Virus record (IMG/VR): IMGVR_UViG_3300023174_000042
Span: 208,577 to 272,576 of that record
DNA: 64,000 nt
Reading direction: 5' to 3' (one strand)
Of this stretch, positions 1-8,092 are shown piece after piece. Both the position numbers and the translations under genes were made by a program. The notes under the pieces were generated by a model, which made no database searches, was not told the origin of the DNA, and was given only the letters and a program-made list of their open reading frames with translations. How positions within the stretch are numbered: position 1 is the stretch's first letter; each line of letters opens with the position of its first letter.

Positions 1-5
1 ATAAT

Positions 6-236
6 TTATGCATTTACTTTGTGTTTTGACATTAATTCAGTTGCTTTTTCTGTTGCGGTCACTTTATTTGAAAATCCGTGTTGAATTAATTTTTTTGAAT
101 GATAAATTAAATATTCGGTTTTAGCAACCTGTGGTTTTGATCCACGACCTGATTGGGGTTTCATTGTGTCTTTTGCGTAGATATCATAAAAACCAACTTT
201 ACAAATATAACGCCCTTTAGTTTGTCCTTTACTCAT
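6..236 (-). CDS. hypothetical protein
   Basis: 76-aa ORF, co-oriented with neighbours. Confidence 0.6.
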   Translation of the reverse strand: MSKGQTKGRYICKVGFYDIYAKDTMKPQSGRGSKPQVAKTEYLIYHSKKLIQHGFSNKVTATEKATELMSKHKVNA

Positions 237-272
237 TTTTTTTCTTTTTTTTTAATTAAACAATATTTTTTG

Positions 273-359
273 CGGTCTCGAAGGGAGTCGAACCCTCTTT
301 TTCGTTTACCTACTTGCTACCGTGACAGGGTAGTGCACCAACCATTATGCGCCGAGACC
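273..359 (-). tRNA. tRNA-Asp(GTC) with unusually long variable region
   Basis: Acceptor GGTCTCG/CGAGACC, anticodon arm CTACC-CTGTCAC-GGTAG, T arm GAGGG-TTCGACT-CCCTT, G73; no encoded CCA. Confidence 0.85.
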
Positions 360-364
360 AATTA

Positions 365-643
365 TTATATCAAAGCGTCCCATTCAGACACAATAAATTC
401 AAGTTTTAAAAGACCCTCAACTGAAATGTAGGTTACATGAAAACCTCCTGAAGCAACATCTGTTTCACTTTCTATTGCTTGAGTTAAAAGTTGTCTTGCT
501 TTTTCTCTAATTTCACCTTGACAAGGAATTTTTTCTTCACTACCTACCCATTCCCAACGAAGAGCTTTCATAGTTTTATGAACTTTTTCAAAGTCAAACC
601 AATCCATAATGTTGTCTATCGCTTTTCTTTGTTCTTCTGTCAT
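365..643 (-). CDS. hypothetical phage protein
   Basis: 92-aa ORF. Confidence 0.7.
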   Translation of the reverse strand: MTEEQRKAIDNIMDWFDFEKVHKTMKALRWEWVGSEEKIPCQGEIREKARQLLTQAIESETDVASGGFHVTYISVEGLLKLEFIVSEWDALI

Positions 644-666
644 GTTTTAAACATAATAATATTTTT

Positions 667-1137
667 TTATAATGATTGCACTTGTTCCATAATTTCTGAT
701 ACTTCATGAGGTTCTAAATAACCAATCACATCGTTTGTCACAGAAGTTTCATAAGTTAGTTTTCCATCTTTATCTAAAACAGCAACTTCAAACAAACCAT
801 CTTTACCACCGTAAGAAAATGTGTGAGACACAACACTAACACCAAATCCATTATCAAACTGTAGTCTTGCTTGTTTTCCAACCATGTGTGGAGCATCATC
901 AAGCATTTCAAATTCCAGATCTTCAAATTTTTTCATAACTTTTATTTTTTTTGTTTCTTTTAATACTGTTTTTGCACAAGCTTTGCCAAATGAAAATCCA
1001 CCTTGACTTTCATGATTTGTAGGAAAACTATTTGAGTCATAATAATTTCCGTCAGTTAAAGATAATTCTAACCAAACGGCAGTTTTTGGATTTATCTTGT
1101 CTCCACATTTTTCACAATAAATTATTTTGTCATTCAT
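667..1137 (-). CDS. hypothetical protein; N-terminal CxxC module in frame with a second module (possible internal start MKKFEDL at 936)
   Basis: ORF directly downstream of a Bacteroidetes-type promoter. Confidence 0.65.
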   Translation of the reverse strand: MNDKIIYCEKCGDKINPKTAVWLELSLTDGNYYDSNSFPTNHESQGGFSFGKACAKTVLKETKKIKVMKKFEDLEFEMLDDAPHMVGKQARLQFDNGFGVSVVSHTFSYGGKDGLFEVAVLDKDGKLTYETSVTNDVIGYLEPHEVSEIMEQVQSL

Positions 1138-1141
1138 TAAA

Positions 1142-1173
1142 CAAAGATAAATAGAATATTTTATACTATCAAA
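1142..1173 (-). promoter_or_regulatory. Bacteroidetes-type housekeeping promoter (-33 TTTG, -7 TATCTTTG)
   Basis: TTTG-N20-TATCTTTG 4 nt before ATG at 1137. Confidence 0.75.
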
Positions 1174-1208
1174 TTTTTTACAAAAAAAAATTTACAATTT
1201 AAGGTTTG

Positions 1209-1280
1209 TAGCCCATCCCGGTAACGCTCCGAGATTTGTTGGATGAAAACCAACTGTCCTTACTTTTAGACGAATGGGCC
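1209..1280 (-). tRNA. tRNA-Glu(TTC), non-canonical T loop
   Basis: Acceptor GGCCCAT/ATGGGCT, anticodon arm GTTGG-TTTTCAT-CCAAC, T arm CTCGG-AGCGTTA-CCGGG. Confidence 0.8.
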
Positions 1281-1286
1281 GTAAAT

Positions 1287-1349
1287 TAGGGTAGACACGG
1301 GCTTAGCTAGCCGTCTTTCAGGAAAAGCCCTTTTTCATATTCTACCCTA
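1287..1349 (-). ncRNA. putative structured RNA between tRNA-fMet and tRNA-Glu
   Basis: 9-bp outer stem TAGGGTAGA/TCTACCCTA enclosing 6-bp GGGCTT/AAGCCC stem; GC-rich in AT-rich context. Confidence 0.45.
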
Positions 1350-1353
1350 CTTG

Positions 1354-1426
<73 letters not shown>

Positions 1427-1431
1427 ATGTG

Positions 1432-1505
1432 TAGTTAATACTGGACTCGAACCAATGACCTATTCCGTATCAGGGAATCGCTCTAACCAACTGAGCTAAT
1501 TAACT
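1432..1505 (-). tRNA. tRNA-Ile(GAT)
   Basis: Canonical cloverleaf, ATTCC-CTGATAC-GGAAT. Confidence 0.92.
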
Positions 1506-1518
1506 ATTAATATTTTCG

Positions 1519-1599
1519 TACTGACGGTTGGATTCGAACCAACGTTTTCAACTTACCACTACAGGTATAGATGATATAAGCATCCACTGGTACGCCAGC
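1519..1599 (-). tRNA. atypical tRNA-like gene lacking D arm, UAU anticodon-like loop
   Basis: Acceptor GCTGGCG/CGTCAGT, T arm GTTGG-TTCGAAT-CCAAC, hairpin GGATG-CTTATAT-CATCT, long extra segment. Confidence 0.6.
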
Positions 1600-1606
1600 T
1601 TATTTG

Positions 1607-1678
1607 TGGTATGGGAGTGGATTCGAACCACCGGCACAAGTTTTTCACACTTTGCTCTACCTACTGAGCTACCACACC
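1607..1678 (-). tRNA. tRNA-Phe(GAA), slightly irregular anticodon stem
   Basis: GCTC/GAGC D stem, AAGT-GTGAAAA-ACTT, GGTGG-TTCGAAT-CCACT. Confidence 0.8.
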
Positions 1679-1685
1679 ATTTTTT

Positions 1686-1775
1686 TGTAATTAATAGTTG
1701 ATACACACTCTCGTTTCACCATCTTGTATCAACAGGTTAATGTACTTTACGAGTTTCCCTTTTCTTACAATCACA
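1686..1775 (-). ncRNA. putative structured RNA at head of tRNA cluster
   Basis: Closing stem TGTGATTG/TAATTACA, perfect 9-bp GTTGATACA/TGTATCAAC hairpin, possible CTCGT/ACGAG pseudoknot. Confidence 0.45.
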
Positions 1776-1858
1776 ATATTTTTAAATCAAAGAACTTTTT
1801 CCCTTTTGTGGTGGGGGTGAGACCACCATCACACTTTCTCACCCCCTTGTTTGTTATA

Positions 1859-1890
1859 CAAATATATGTAGTTTATTTTAAACTGACAAA
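1859..1890 (-). promoter_or_regulatory. Bacteroidetes-type promoter upstream of the tRNA cluster
   Basis: TTTG-N20-TATATTTG, followed by a 10-bp GC hairpin at 1813-1846. Confidence 0.7.
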
Positions 1891-1926
1891 TCTTTATTAA
1901 ACTTTTTTTTAATTTGTCTAAAAATA

Positions 1927-1957
1927 AAAAACCCCACCTCTTTTCGAAGATGGGGTC
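1927..1957 (-). terminator. intrinsic terminator
   Basis: ACCCC/GGGGT hairpin followed by T run on minus strand, downstream of ORF 1979-2728. Confidence 0.6.
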
Positions 1958-1978
1958 GTAAAAGGTCATAAATAAAAT

Positions 1979-2728
1979 TTAAATAACTTCTCTTGTGTCA
2001 ATATGTGCCTCATACATTAATCTTCTTGTTGATAAAGATCTGTAATAATAATAGTCTTCCAAAATAGACTCAAACAAACCGCTCACAAATCCTGATGCCG
2101 CATCCCAAGCATTTGAAAGTCCTTTCCCAACTGCCTGTGCCCCGCTTTGAATAGCGCTTCCTACCGCTTGAGCTCCTTTTTTAATTCCTTGTCCTACAGC
2201 TTGAACACCACCTTTAACAAAGTTGTATGCTTTATTCAACATGTTTCCTGCAAATTGTTTTACGTAAGACCAAAGTTCAGCAATTTTTGAGGCGGCGATA
2301 ACTGCGGCCCCCCAAGCGGCTTGTCCTAATTTCCATATGGCATCAAACATAGATTTAAAAAATTGTAATATGTTTGTAGATGCTTTACTGATAAAACTAG
2401 AAATTTGATTTGCGGTATATTTAATGGTTTGAGCGGCACCAATTACTATACCTTTAACTTGTTTTGCAAGTGCGGTTAAAAAACTCAAAATAACATTTCC
2501 AATTGCCTGTGCCACTTTAAAAGTAGCCTGACCAAGTTTAATTCCAACAATTGCAGGAAGAAAAATGATTGTCAATGAAATTTGACCAATTTTAATTACC
2601 GTTTGTTTGACAGCTTTACCAGCCTGAAAGCCAGCTTTGAATGCCGCGCTTTGGACATTTTGTTCTGAAATAACTTGTTTGATAACTTTTATCAAATCAT
2701 TTTCAGTTAATTTTATTACCTTTTTCAT
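1979..2728 (-). CDS. leader-bearing Ala/Gly-rich amphipathic helical protein
   Basis: N-term MKKVIKLTENDLIKVIKQVISE; GAQAVG repeats; TATTTAT upstream. Confidence 0.8.
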   Translation of the reverse strand: MKKVIKLTENDLIKVIKQVISEQNVQSAAFKAGFQAGKAVKQTVIKIGQISLTIIFLPAIVGIKLGQATFKVAQAIGNVILSFLTALAKQVKGIVIGAAQTIKYTANQISSFISKASTNILQFFKSMFDAIWKLGQAAWGAAVIAASKIAELWSYVKQFAGNMLNKAYNFVKGGVQAVGQGIKKGAQAVGSAIQSGAQAVGKGLSNAWDAASGFVSGLFESILEDYYYYRSLSTRRLMYEAHIDTREVI

Positions 2729-2784
2729 AACTTTTTTTATTTATAAATACATCGTAAGTTGAAAAAATTTTGCAAAAGAAAAAA

Positions 2785-3240
2785 TCATCGACAATGGTAA
2801 TCTGCAGCTCTTGTTGCGATTTGATTATCAGGTTTTATATTTGCCTTATAACCCAATGACGTAACCAATCCAACGGCAGGAGATACGAGTTTTGAACTAA
2901 AATGTTTTTCTTGTGAATTATAGTCCAAATCGATCTCAATTTTTACACTTATTTTACTTGACAACCAATTTGCGACCTCAACAGAATGTTCACATTCAGT
3001 CCAAAGACGTGTCCATTTATCTTTTATTTTTCTTACCTTTTGTTTATGATAAATGTAATGAACACCCCTGTTTCCAAATCTATATGCAATTGCTGTTACA
3101 TATACAGTATTTCTTCTGTGATTTTGTGAATCAGTTCCTATATGGATTTCTACATATGGACATTCTTTTAAAATATCAATTGTATGATTTACTATATCAA
3201 AAACAGCGTCTCCTTCTACTTTTTTAAATACCCTGTTCAT
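2785..3240 (-). CDS. RNase H-like YkuK family protein
   Basis: IHIGTDSQ motif, RLWxE, C-terminal AADY. Confidence 0.75.
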   Translation of the reverse strand: MNRVFKKVEGDAVFDIVNHTIDILKECPYVEIHIGTDSQNHRRNTVYVTAIAYRFGNRGVHYIYHKQKVRKIKDKWTRLWTECEHSVEVANWLSSKISVKIEIDLDYNSQEKHFSSKLVSPAVGLVTSLGYKANIKPDNQIATRAADYHCR

Positions 3241-3341
3241 AAATTGATTTGGGTGAGAAAATTCAAAATTTTATTATAATTTCTGTTGTATGAAATATTT
3301 GACTATCGATCACTCCTTTTATAAATAGTATTAACAAAATA

Positions 3342-3950
3342 CTAATAAACAAAATCAACAAAAAAATAAAAAATTCCATTGTCATAAAAAACACAAGTTG
3401 CCGCAATTGTGTTTGATTTATATCCTTTATCTAAAAAGTAAGTGTTATGTAATAAAGATCTTTGTGTACATCGGTGCATATATGATTTTTCCCAACACAT
3501 AATCATGTGATCTGCCAATTGTTCATATGTATCCATTTTATATGTCGTATACCCACAATTTTCACTTAGAGTTAATTTAAATCCTTTGTTATTTGTTGGG
3601 TAAACTTCATCTAAAAATAAAAATTGATTATTTTTATCACTCCACCAAGATGATCTATCAACATGAAATAATTTTTTTTGTTTTACATTTTCAAGGGCAT
3701 TTGGTAAAACAATAGTATCATATAAAAGTTCTGACCAAATAAGTTTCATCAACTGATTGTTATTTTCCAACATAGGCCAAGCGGATAAAAGATTTTTACC
3801 ATAACCAGTTGTAGTTATGGTGTCTCTGAAAGCGTTTAACTTGTCGAATAAAACTTTCGATGCGTGTTTAGAATCAAAATTGTTGTAGTCAATATTTTGT
3901 GAAAAAGAAATGTGACCAATAAAAAGAAGGATTGTTAGGATATTTTTCAT
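3342..3950 (-). CDS. secreted protein, possibly CAP/SCP-like
   Basis: Signal peptide; LNAFR...SENC...WEKSYMH pattern. Confidence 0.5.
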   Translation of the reverse strand: MKNILTILLFIGHISFSQNIDYNNFDSKHASKVLFDKLNAFRDTITTTGYGKNLLSAWPMLENNNQLMKLIWSELLYDTIVLPNALENVKQKKLFHVDRSSWWSDKNNQFLFLDEVYPTNNKGFKLTLSENCGYTTYKMDTYEQLADHMIMCWEKSYMHRCTQRSLLHNTYFLDKGYKSNTIAATCVFYDNGIFYFFVDFVY

Positions 3951-3967
3951 ATTACAAATAAAAAAAA

Positions 3968-4465
3968 TTATTTTACTTCAAAAGCACATCTCATAATTTT
4001 TTTTGTTTTAACAGAATCCTCGAAGTTTCCTATAACAACACCATCTTTGATTGTAAATGCGTGTTGTCTAACTAAAACAAAAAATGTACCTTTTGGGTTT
4101 TGTTTAATAAAAGTCCCAACGGTCATTTGTCTTAATTTGGTTTCACCTTTGATTGTAACATTATAAGACAAAGAATTAATCAATGTAGAACTTTTCCTTA
4201 CTCCAACTGTGTGAATTTTTTTATTATTGATTAATGTATTATTATCAACCATTTTTAAAAGTTTTGTTATAGTCCCAAAAGTTCCTTTTTTTGGTTTTCT
4301 TTGAAATTCTTTTGCGACATATTTGTGAGCGTCATCATAAGGAATTTCAAATGAAGATGCAAATGCTCTAACAACACAATCGTTTGTTTCTGATTTTGCG
4401 ATTACAGATTCAGAATATCCTTGAATCGCTTTTGATGTGGCTTCGTATGGGAGTTTGTTTTTCAT
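3968..4465 (-). CDS. conserved-looking phage protein (NDCVVRA...HAFTIKDG; possible Cys/His peptidase-like)
   Basis: Start reassigned to 4465, just after TATCTTTG promoter element. Confidence 0.6.
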   Translation of the reverse strand: MKNKLPYEATSKAIQGYSESVIAKSETNDCVVRAFASSFEIPYDDAHKYVAKEFQRKPKKGTFGTITKLLKMVDNNTLINNKKIHTVGVRKSSTLINSLSYNVTIKGETKLRQMTVGTFIKQNPKGTFFVLVRQHAFTIKDGVVIGNFEDSVKTKKIMRCAFEVK

Positions 4466-4597
4466 ACTACAAAGATACAAAAAATTTTTAAATCAAACCA
4501 TATTGGTGTAATTCATATAAAAATTTTTCATATTCCTCTGAGTTTATAAACTCTTCATGTAGTTGATAAAATATTTCTTCCATAATTTTAATATTTG

Positions 4598-4874
4598 TGA
4601 TCCCGAATGGATTCGAACCATTGACCTACTGCTTAGACATACCACTATAGTTTTCACTACCAACTTAATTGTTGTTTGTGGTCTGGACTTTCTCTTTACC
4701 TTATCTTTCGACTTAGGCACTCACCGTCAAGTCTCTACACCTTCTTCTTTTCAGAAGCTTGGCTCGGGATTACCATTTTACAGGCTTCCCCGAATTTGAT
4801 GAGTTCTATTTAATCGTTTCCAACTAAACGCCCCCTTTGAGGCAGTTGCTCTATTCCAGCTGAGCTACGGGACC
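4598..4874 (-). tRNA. tRNA-Arg(TCT) interrupted by group I intron
   Basis: Exons 4874-4840 and 4637-4598 splice to ACTGC-CT^TCT-AA-GCAGT with acceptor GGTCCCG/CGGGATC. Confidence 0.92.
4638..4839 (-). mobile_element. self-splicing group I intron (202 nt, no ORF)
   Basis: Inserted after U33; P1 with U-G wobble; AAATTCGGGGAA, AATCCCGAGCC, GTAGAGACTTGACGG, AAGAGAAAGTCC core elements; terminal G. Confidence 0.92.
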
Positions 4875-4889
4875 ATATTTTACATTTAG

Positions 4890-4974
4890 CAGAGGAGGAG
4901 GGATTCGAACCCCCGGATCCGTAAAGATCAACGGTTTTCAAGACCGCCTCATTCGACCGCTCTGACACTCCTCT
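4890..4974 (-). tRNA. tRNA-Ser(TGA)
   Basis: GCGGT-CTTGAAA-ACCGT, long variable arm, G73. Confidence 0.93.
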
Positions 4975-5012
4975 AACATTTTCAAAGAACACTAACCTAC
5001 TTGATAAGTATA

Positions 5013-5777
5013 CTAGTTATTATATAAAATATCAATCACTTCTCTATCAATAGGTGCATATTCTGTGTTACTATTTGAATTTTGATAGAAAATGCTTTCT
5101 GGATATTTTTCTGAATCATTAAAAAATCCTAATGATTGTGTAAGTTCTTCTCGTAAAATACTTTTTTGTGAAATTGTATCATCACCAGACCCAACCATTT
5201 CAACATACATTACAGATCCAGACGAAGGATATACTTCAAAATATCCCCAATTTCCTCTTAGATTTTCTTCTTGAATTTGTGGATATAAAGTTTTGAACCC
5301 TTCTTTTGAGCCTAAGAAAATAAATGTGTTTGCTTCACTACGATTTTTTACAATCTTGATTTCAATCGTATTAATAATTTCATTGAGGTCTTTCACAATT
5401 TTATCTAATTCATCCATCATGTATTGAGGACAAGATCCATGAACATAGATTTTAACGTCTCTTTTCCATTTGAACGCTTTATTTACACCACCGTATTCAT
5501 CACGAAGACATATTTCTTTATAGTAATCCAATGCTTCCGAGGAATACGAATGTTGGTTTTGATTTTTTTGATAATCAAATGAATCTAATGAACTTCCATT
5601 TGATTTTGATAATTCTTTTTCTGTTGTTTCTAAAACACGCCTAAGAGATCCTTCATTTAAATTGAATAAAACTTCGCCAGACTTGAGGACGCGATTTTTT
5701 ATTTCTTTTGTTGATAAACAGAAAGCAATTACCATAATTGCTATTAATCCTAAACTGTAGTTTACTAAATTTTTCAT
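5013..5777 (-). CDS. DUF2927-like membrane-anchored protein
   Basis: N-terminal TM; EELTQSLG..ND...SIFY...D..IL.Y pattern. Confidence 0.6.
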   Translation of the reverse strand: MKNLVNYSLGLIAIMVIAFCLSTKEIKNRVLKSGEVLFNLNEGSLRRVLETTEKELSKSNGSSLDSFDYQKNQNQHSYSSEALDYYKEICLRDEYGGVNKAFKWKRDVKIYVHGSCPQYMMDELDKIVKDLNEIINTIEIKIVKNRSEANTFIFLGSKEGFKTLYPQIQEENLRGNWGYFEVYPSSGSVMYVEMVGSGDDTISQKSILREELTQSLGFFNDSEKYPESIFYQNSNSNTEYAPIDREVIDILYNN

Positions 5778-5829
5778 ATTTGTTTGTTTTTATTTCTACA
5801 AATATAGGAAGTTTCTTGATACAAAAAAA

Positions 5830-6963
5830 TTAAAACCTGAATTTTTTTAGTTCTTCATTTAAAAAAATATTAATCTTTTTCTCAATTGAACTTTCTTTGA
5901 TATTTCCATATTTTGCTTTACCTACGACTCTTCGTAAATTAGCAATTCCATAAGGACCACCATTAAGTTTGATTCTATCAAATTCATCTTCTAAACCAAA
6001 AATACCACCAATTTTTGGGGATTCACATCTTAAAGCGATAAATTTATTTTTAAACAAATCAACACCACAGTCTCTTGCTGTGTCTGAAGTTATACAATTA
6101 TAAAGTTTTTTGATCGTTGTTCTACAGGTTTTTTTATCAGGATATAATATTTCATTCATAGGATAAATTACATCATTATCTCTTCCAACACCAGCTTGAG
6201 AGGTTAAAGCTGGCCAATCATTTTTAATGTCTTTGAAATAAAACGAATATTTATTTTCATCCGACTCCGGATTTTCAGGTTCAGTAGTTGTAAAGTTTTG
6301 TTTTGTTAACATGGATTCAATCTGATCCATTTTACCTTGTGTTGTTTGTTTTAAACCAACTTTTCTCCACAAATATCCAGGTCCAGTATAATTAGGTAAA
6401 ATAGGTTGTCCAGTACTTGTGTTTTTCAAATCTTTATATAATACTTCTTCGTATTGACTTGGATTTTTTGGATCAAACCTGACATAAACTCCGCCAGAAT
6501 TATCAACAAATTCTTGTAATGTTGCCTCATCTTTTGGACCTAATGATGCAATTCCTAAATTCTCAAGTGCCTTTAATTGTTCACATTGACTTCCTAACCC
6601 ATTAGGAACCCTACTTGCAGGCTTATCATATGTTATTCTATAGGATAGAAGTGCTGTTTGAGGTGCTTTATCATCTTTAACACCAAATACCATATAATAA
6701 TCACCTTGACCTCCTGTTGGTTGACTTGATATATAAAAGGCACTTTCTAAACCTTTACTTTGTAATTCTGGAAAATAACTCCAATATTTTTTTTCTAATT
6801 CTTTGATTGGTCTGTTTTTTAAAAAATCTAAAAAAGAACAATTGTCTCGAACACCTTCTAACATTCTTTTTTGATCGTTATAGTCTAGACCTTTAACGGT
6901 TTTGTTTTTTTGAAGTTCATCGTCTTCTAATAAAACTTTTCGAATAATTTTTGAAATTTCCAT
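5830..6963 (-). CDS. leader-bearing hypothetical protein
   Basis: MEISKIIRKVLLE leader; leader-like tail IKESSIEKKINIFLNEE. Confidence 0.75.
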   Translation of the reverse strand: MEISKIIRKVLLEDDELQKNKTVKGLDYNDQKRMLEGVRDNCSFLDFLKNRPIKELEKKYWSYFPELQSKGLESAFYISSQPTGGQGDYYMVFGVKDDKAPQTALLSYRITYDKPASRVPNGLGSQCEQLKALENLGIASLGPKDEATLQEFVDNSGGVYVRFDPKNPSQYEEVLYKDLKNTSTGQPILPNYTGPGYLWRKVGLKQTTQGKMDQIESMLTKQNFTTTEPENPESDENKYSFYFKDIKNDWPALTSQAGVGRDNDVIYPMNEILYPDKKTCRTTIKKLYNCITSDTARDCGVDLFKNKFIALRCESPKIGGIFGLEDEFDRIKLNGGPYGIANLRRVVGKAKYGNIKESSIEKKINIFLNEELKKFRF

Positions 6964-6966
6964 TTT

Positions 6967-8085
6967 TTATAATTCTGCTAATGTTGACCCCAAACCTGAC
7001 CTACAAATATATTTTATGTCGTCTTTGGTAAAAGATATTTGATTTATTTTTTTTGATAATGCGGTTTCCGTTTCTTTATTGAATAACCCTGTTACTTTAA
7101 CACCCAAACAAGATTGTGCTTTAGATATTAAATCTTCAGACCCTTTTGGTGTTTTACACCCAATATAATATTCTTTTGTGCAATCTCTATAAACATTACC
7201 GTCTTCATCGGTTATTTGTGTTGGATCATCATCACTTGATCCTTTTTTTACACAATCATTTTTTTCAACACTAAACTCATAACCTTCTTGTTCACATTCT
7301 ATTTTGGTATTTCCTTTTTTCTTGAAAAAAAGATACCAAACCCCAACACCAATACCTGTTAAAAGTGCTAATTTGATAAGTGCTTTGGCTTTAATAACTC
7401 TTTTAACAGGATCCCAAATGCCTCGTCTTTCTAACCAATCTAAAACTTTATTTGGTTTTTTATCTATTTCTTTTTTCAAGTCAATAATCTCTTCTTTAGT
7501 TGGTGGAACTTCTTCTATGGGTTTTGGTTCAGGTTTTGGTTCAGGTTTTGGTAAATCACGTTCACCTTTCCAAGTATCCAAGTCTTTTAGTCGTCTTTCA
7601 TTTGCATCAAAAATGGCCTTTAATTGTTCATCGGGAAGCTTTGGATTTTTTTGTTTTAATTTTAAAAACCTATCACCACTAGTCCCAAAAGAATAATTAT
7701 CTTTAAATGTTTTTGTATCAACAATGTCTTCAGCAATTGCCGAAATTAATTTTTTATTTTTTGTATTGGTGTATACACTCCACTTTACTTTCATTCGTTC
7801 GGCGTTGGATAATTTACCATCTTTAAGTGCTCCTATAATTTCATCAATACTTTTGAGACTTTTTCCGTCTTTAGTCATTACACCACCAAATTTTAGAAGT
7901 TGTTTCTCAACTGATTGTAGTTCGGTTCTAAATTCTCTTGCTAATTCGGCATCTCCACGTAAAGCATCAATCAATCCTCTTACTTGTTCGGATATAATTG
8001 TAAAATTTTCTTTGGATGTTTTTGATAAATCATATCCACTTAAAAATTTAATCCTGTTAATTTCCTCTATTATAATATTTTTCAT
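6967..8085 (-). CDS. leader-bearing membrane protein with PKPE repeats and C-terminal peptidoglycan-binding-like module
   Basis: EEINRIKFL..IISE leader, TM segment, AQSCLGVKVTGLFNKETE. Confidence 0.75.
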   Translation of the reverse strand: MKNIIIEEINRIKFLSGYDLSKTSKENFTIISEQVRGLIDALRGDAELAREFRTELQSVEKQLLKFGGVMTKDGKSLKSIDEIIGALKDGKLSNAERMKVKWSVYTNTKNKKLISAIAEDIVDTKTFKDNYSFGTSGDRFLKLKQKNPKLPDEQLKAIFDANERRLKDLDTWKGERDLPKPEPKPEPKPIEEVPPTKEEIIDLKKEIDKKPNKVLDWLERRGIWDPVKRVIKAKALIKLALLTGIGVGVWYLFFKKKGNTKIECEQEGYEFSVEKNDCVKKGSSDDDPTQITDEDGNVYRDCTKEYYIGCKTPKGSEDLISKAQSCLGVKVTGLFNKETETALSKKINQISFTKDDIKYICRSGLGSTLAEL

Positions 8086-8092
8086 AATTTTT

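Noticed and set aside
1519-1599. Reading the atypical tRNA as tRNA-Tyr(GTA)
   Set aside because: The TACC/GGTA stem closes a 6-nt loop and is mis-spaced relative to the T arm.
4563-4992. ORFs 4563-4799 (+) and 4810-4992 (-)
   Set aside because: They overlap tRNA-Arg, its intron and tRNA-Ser; spurious.
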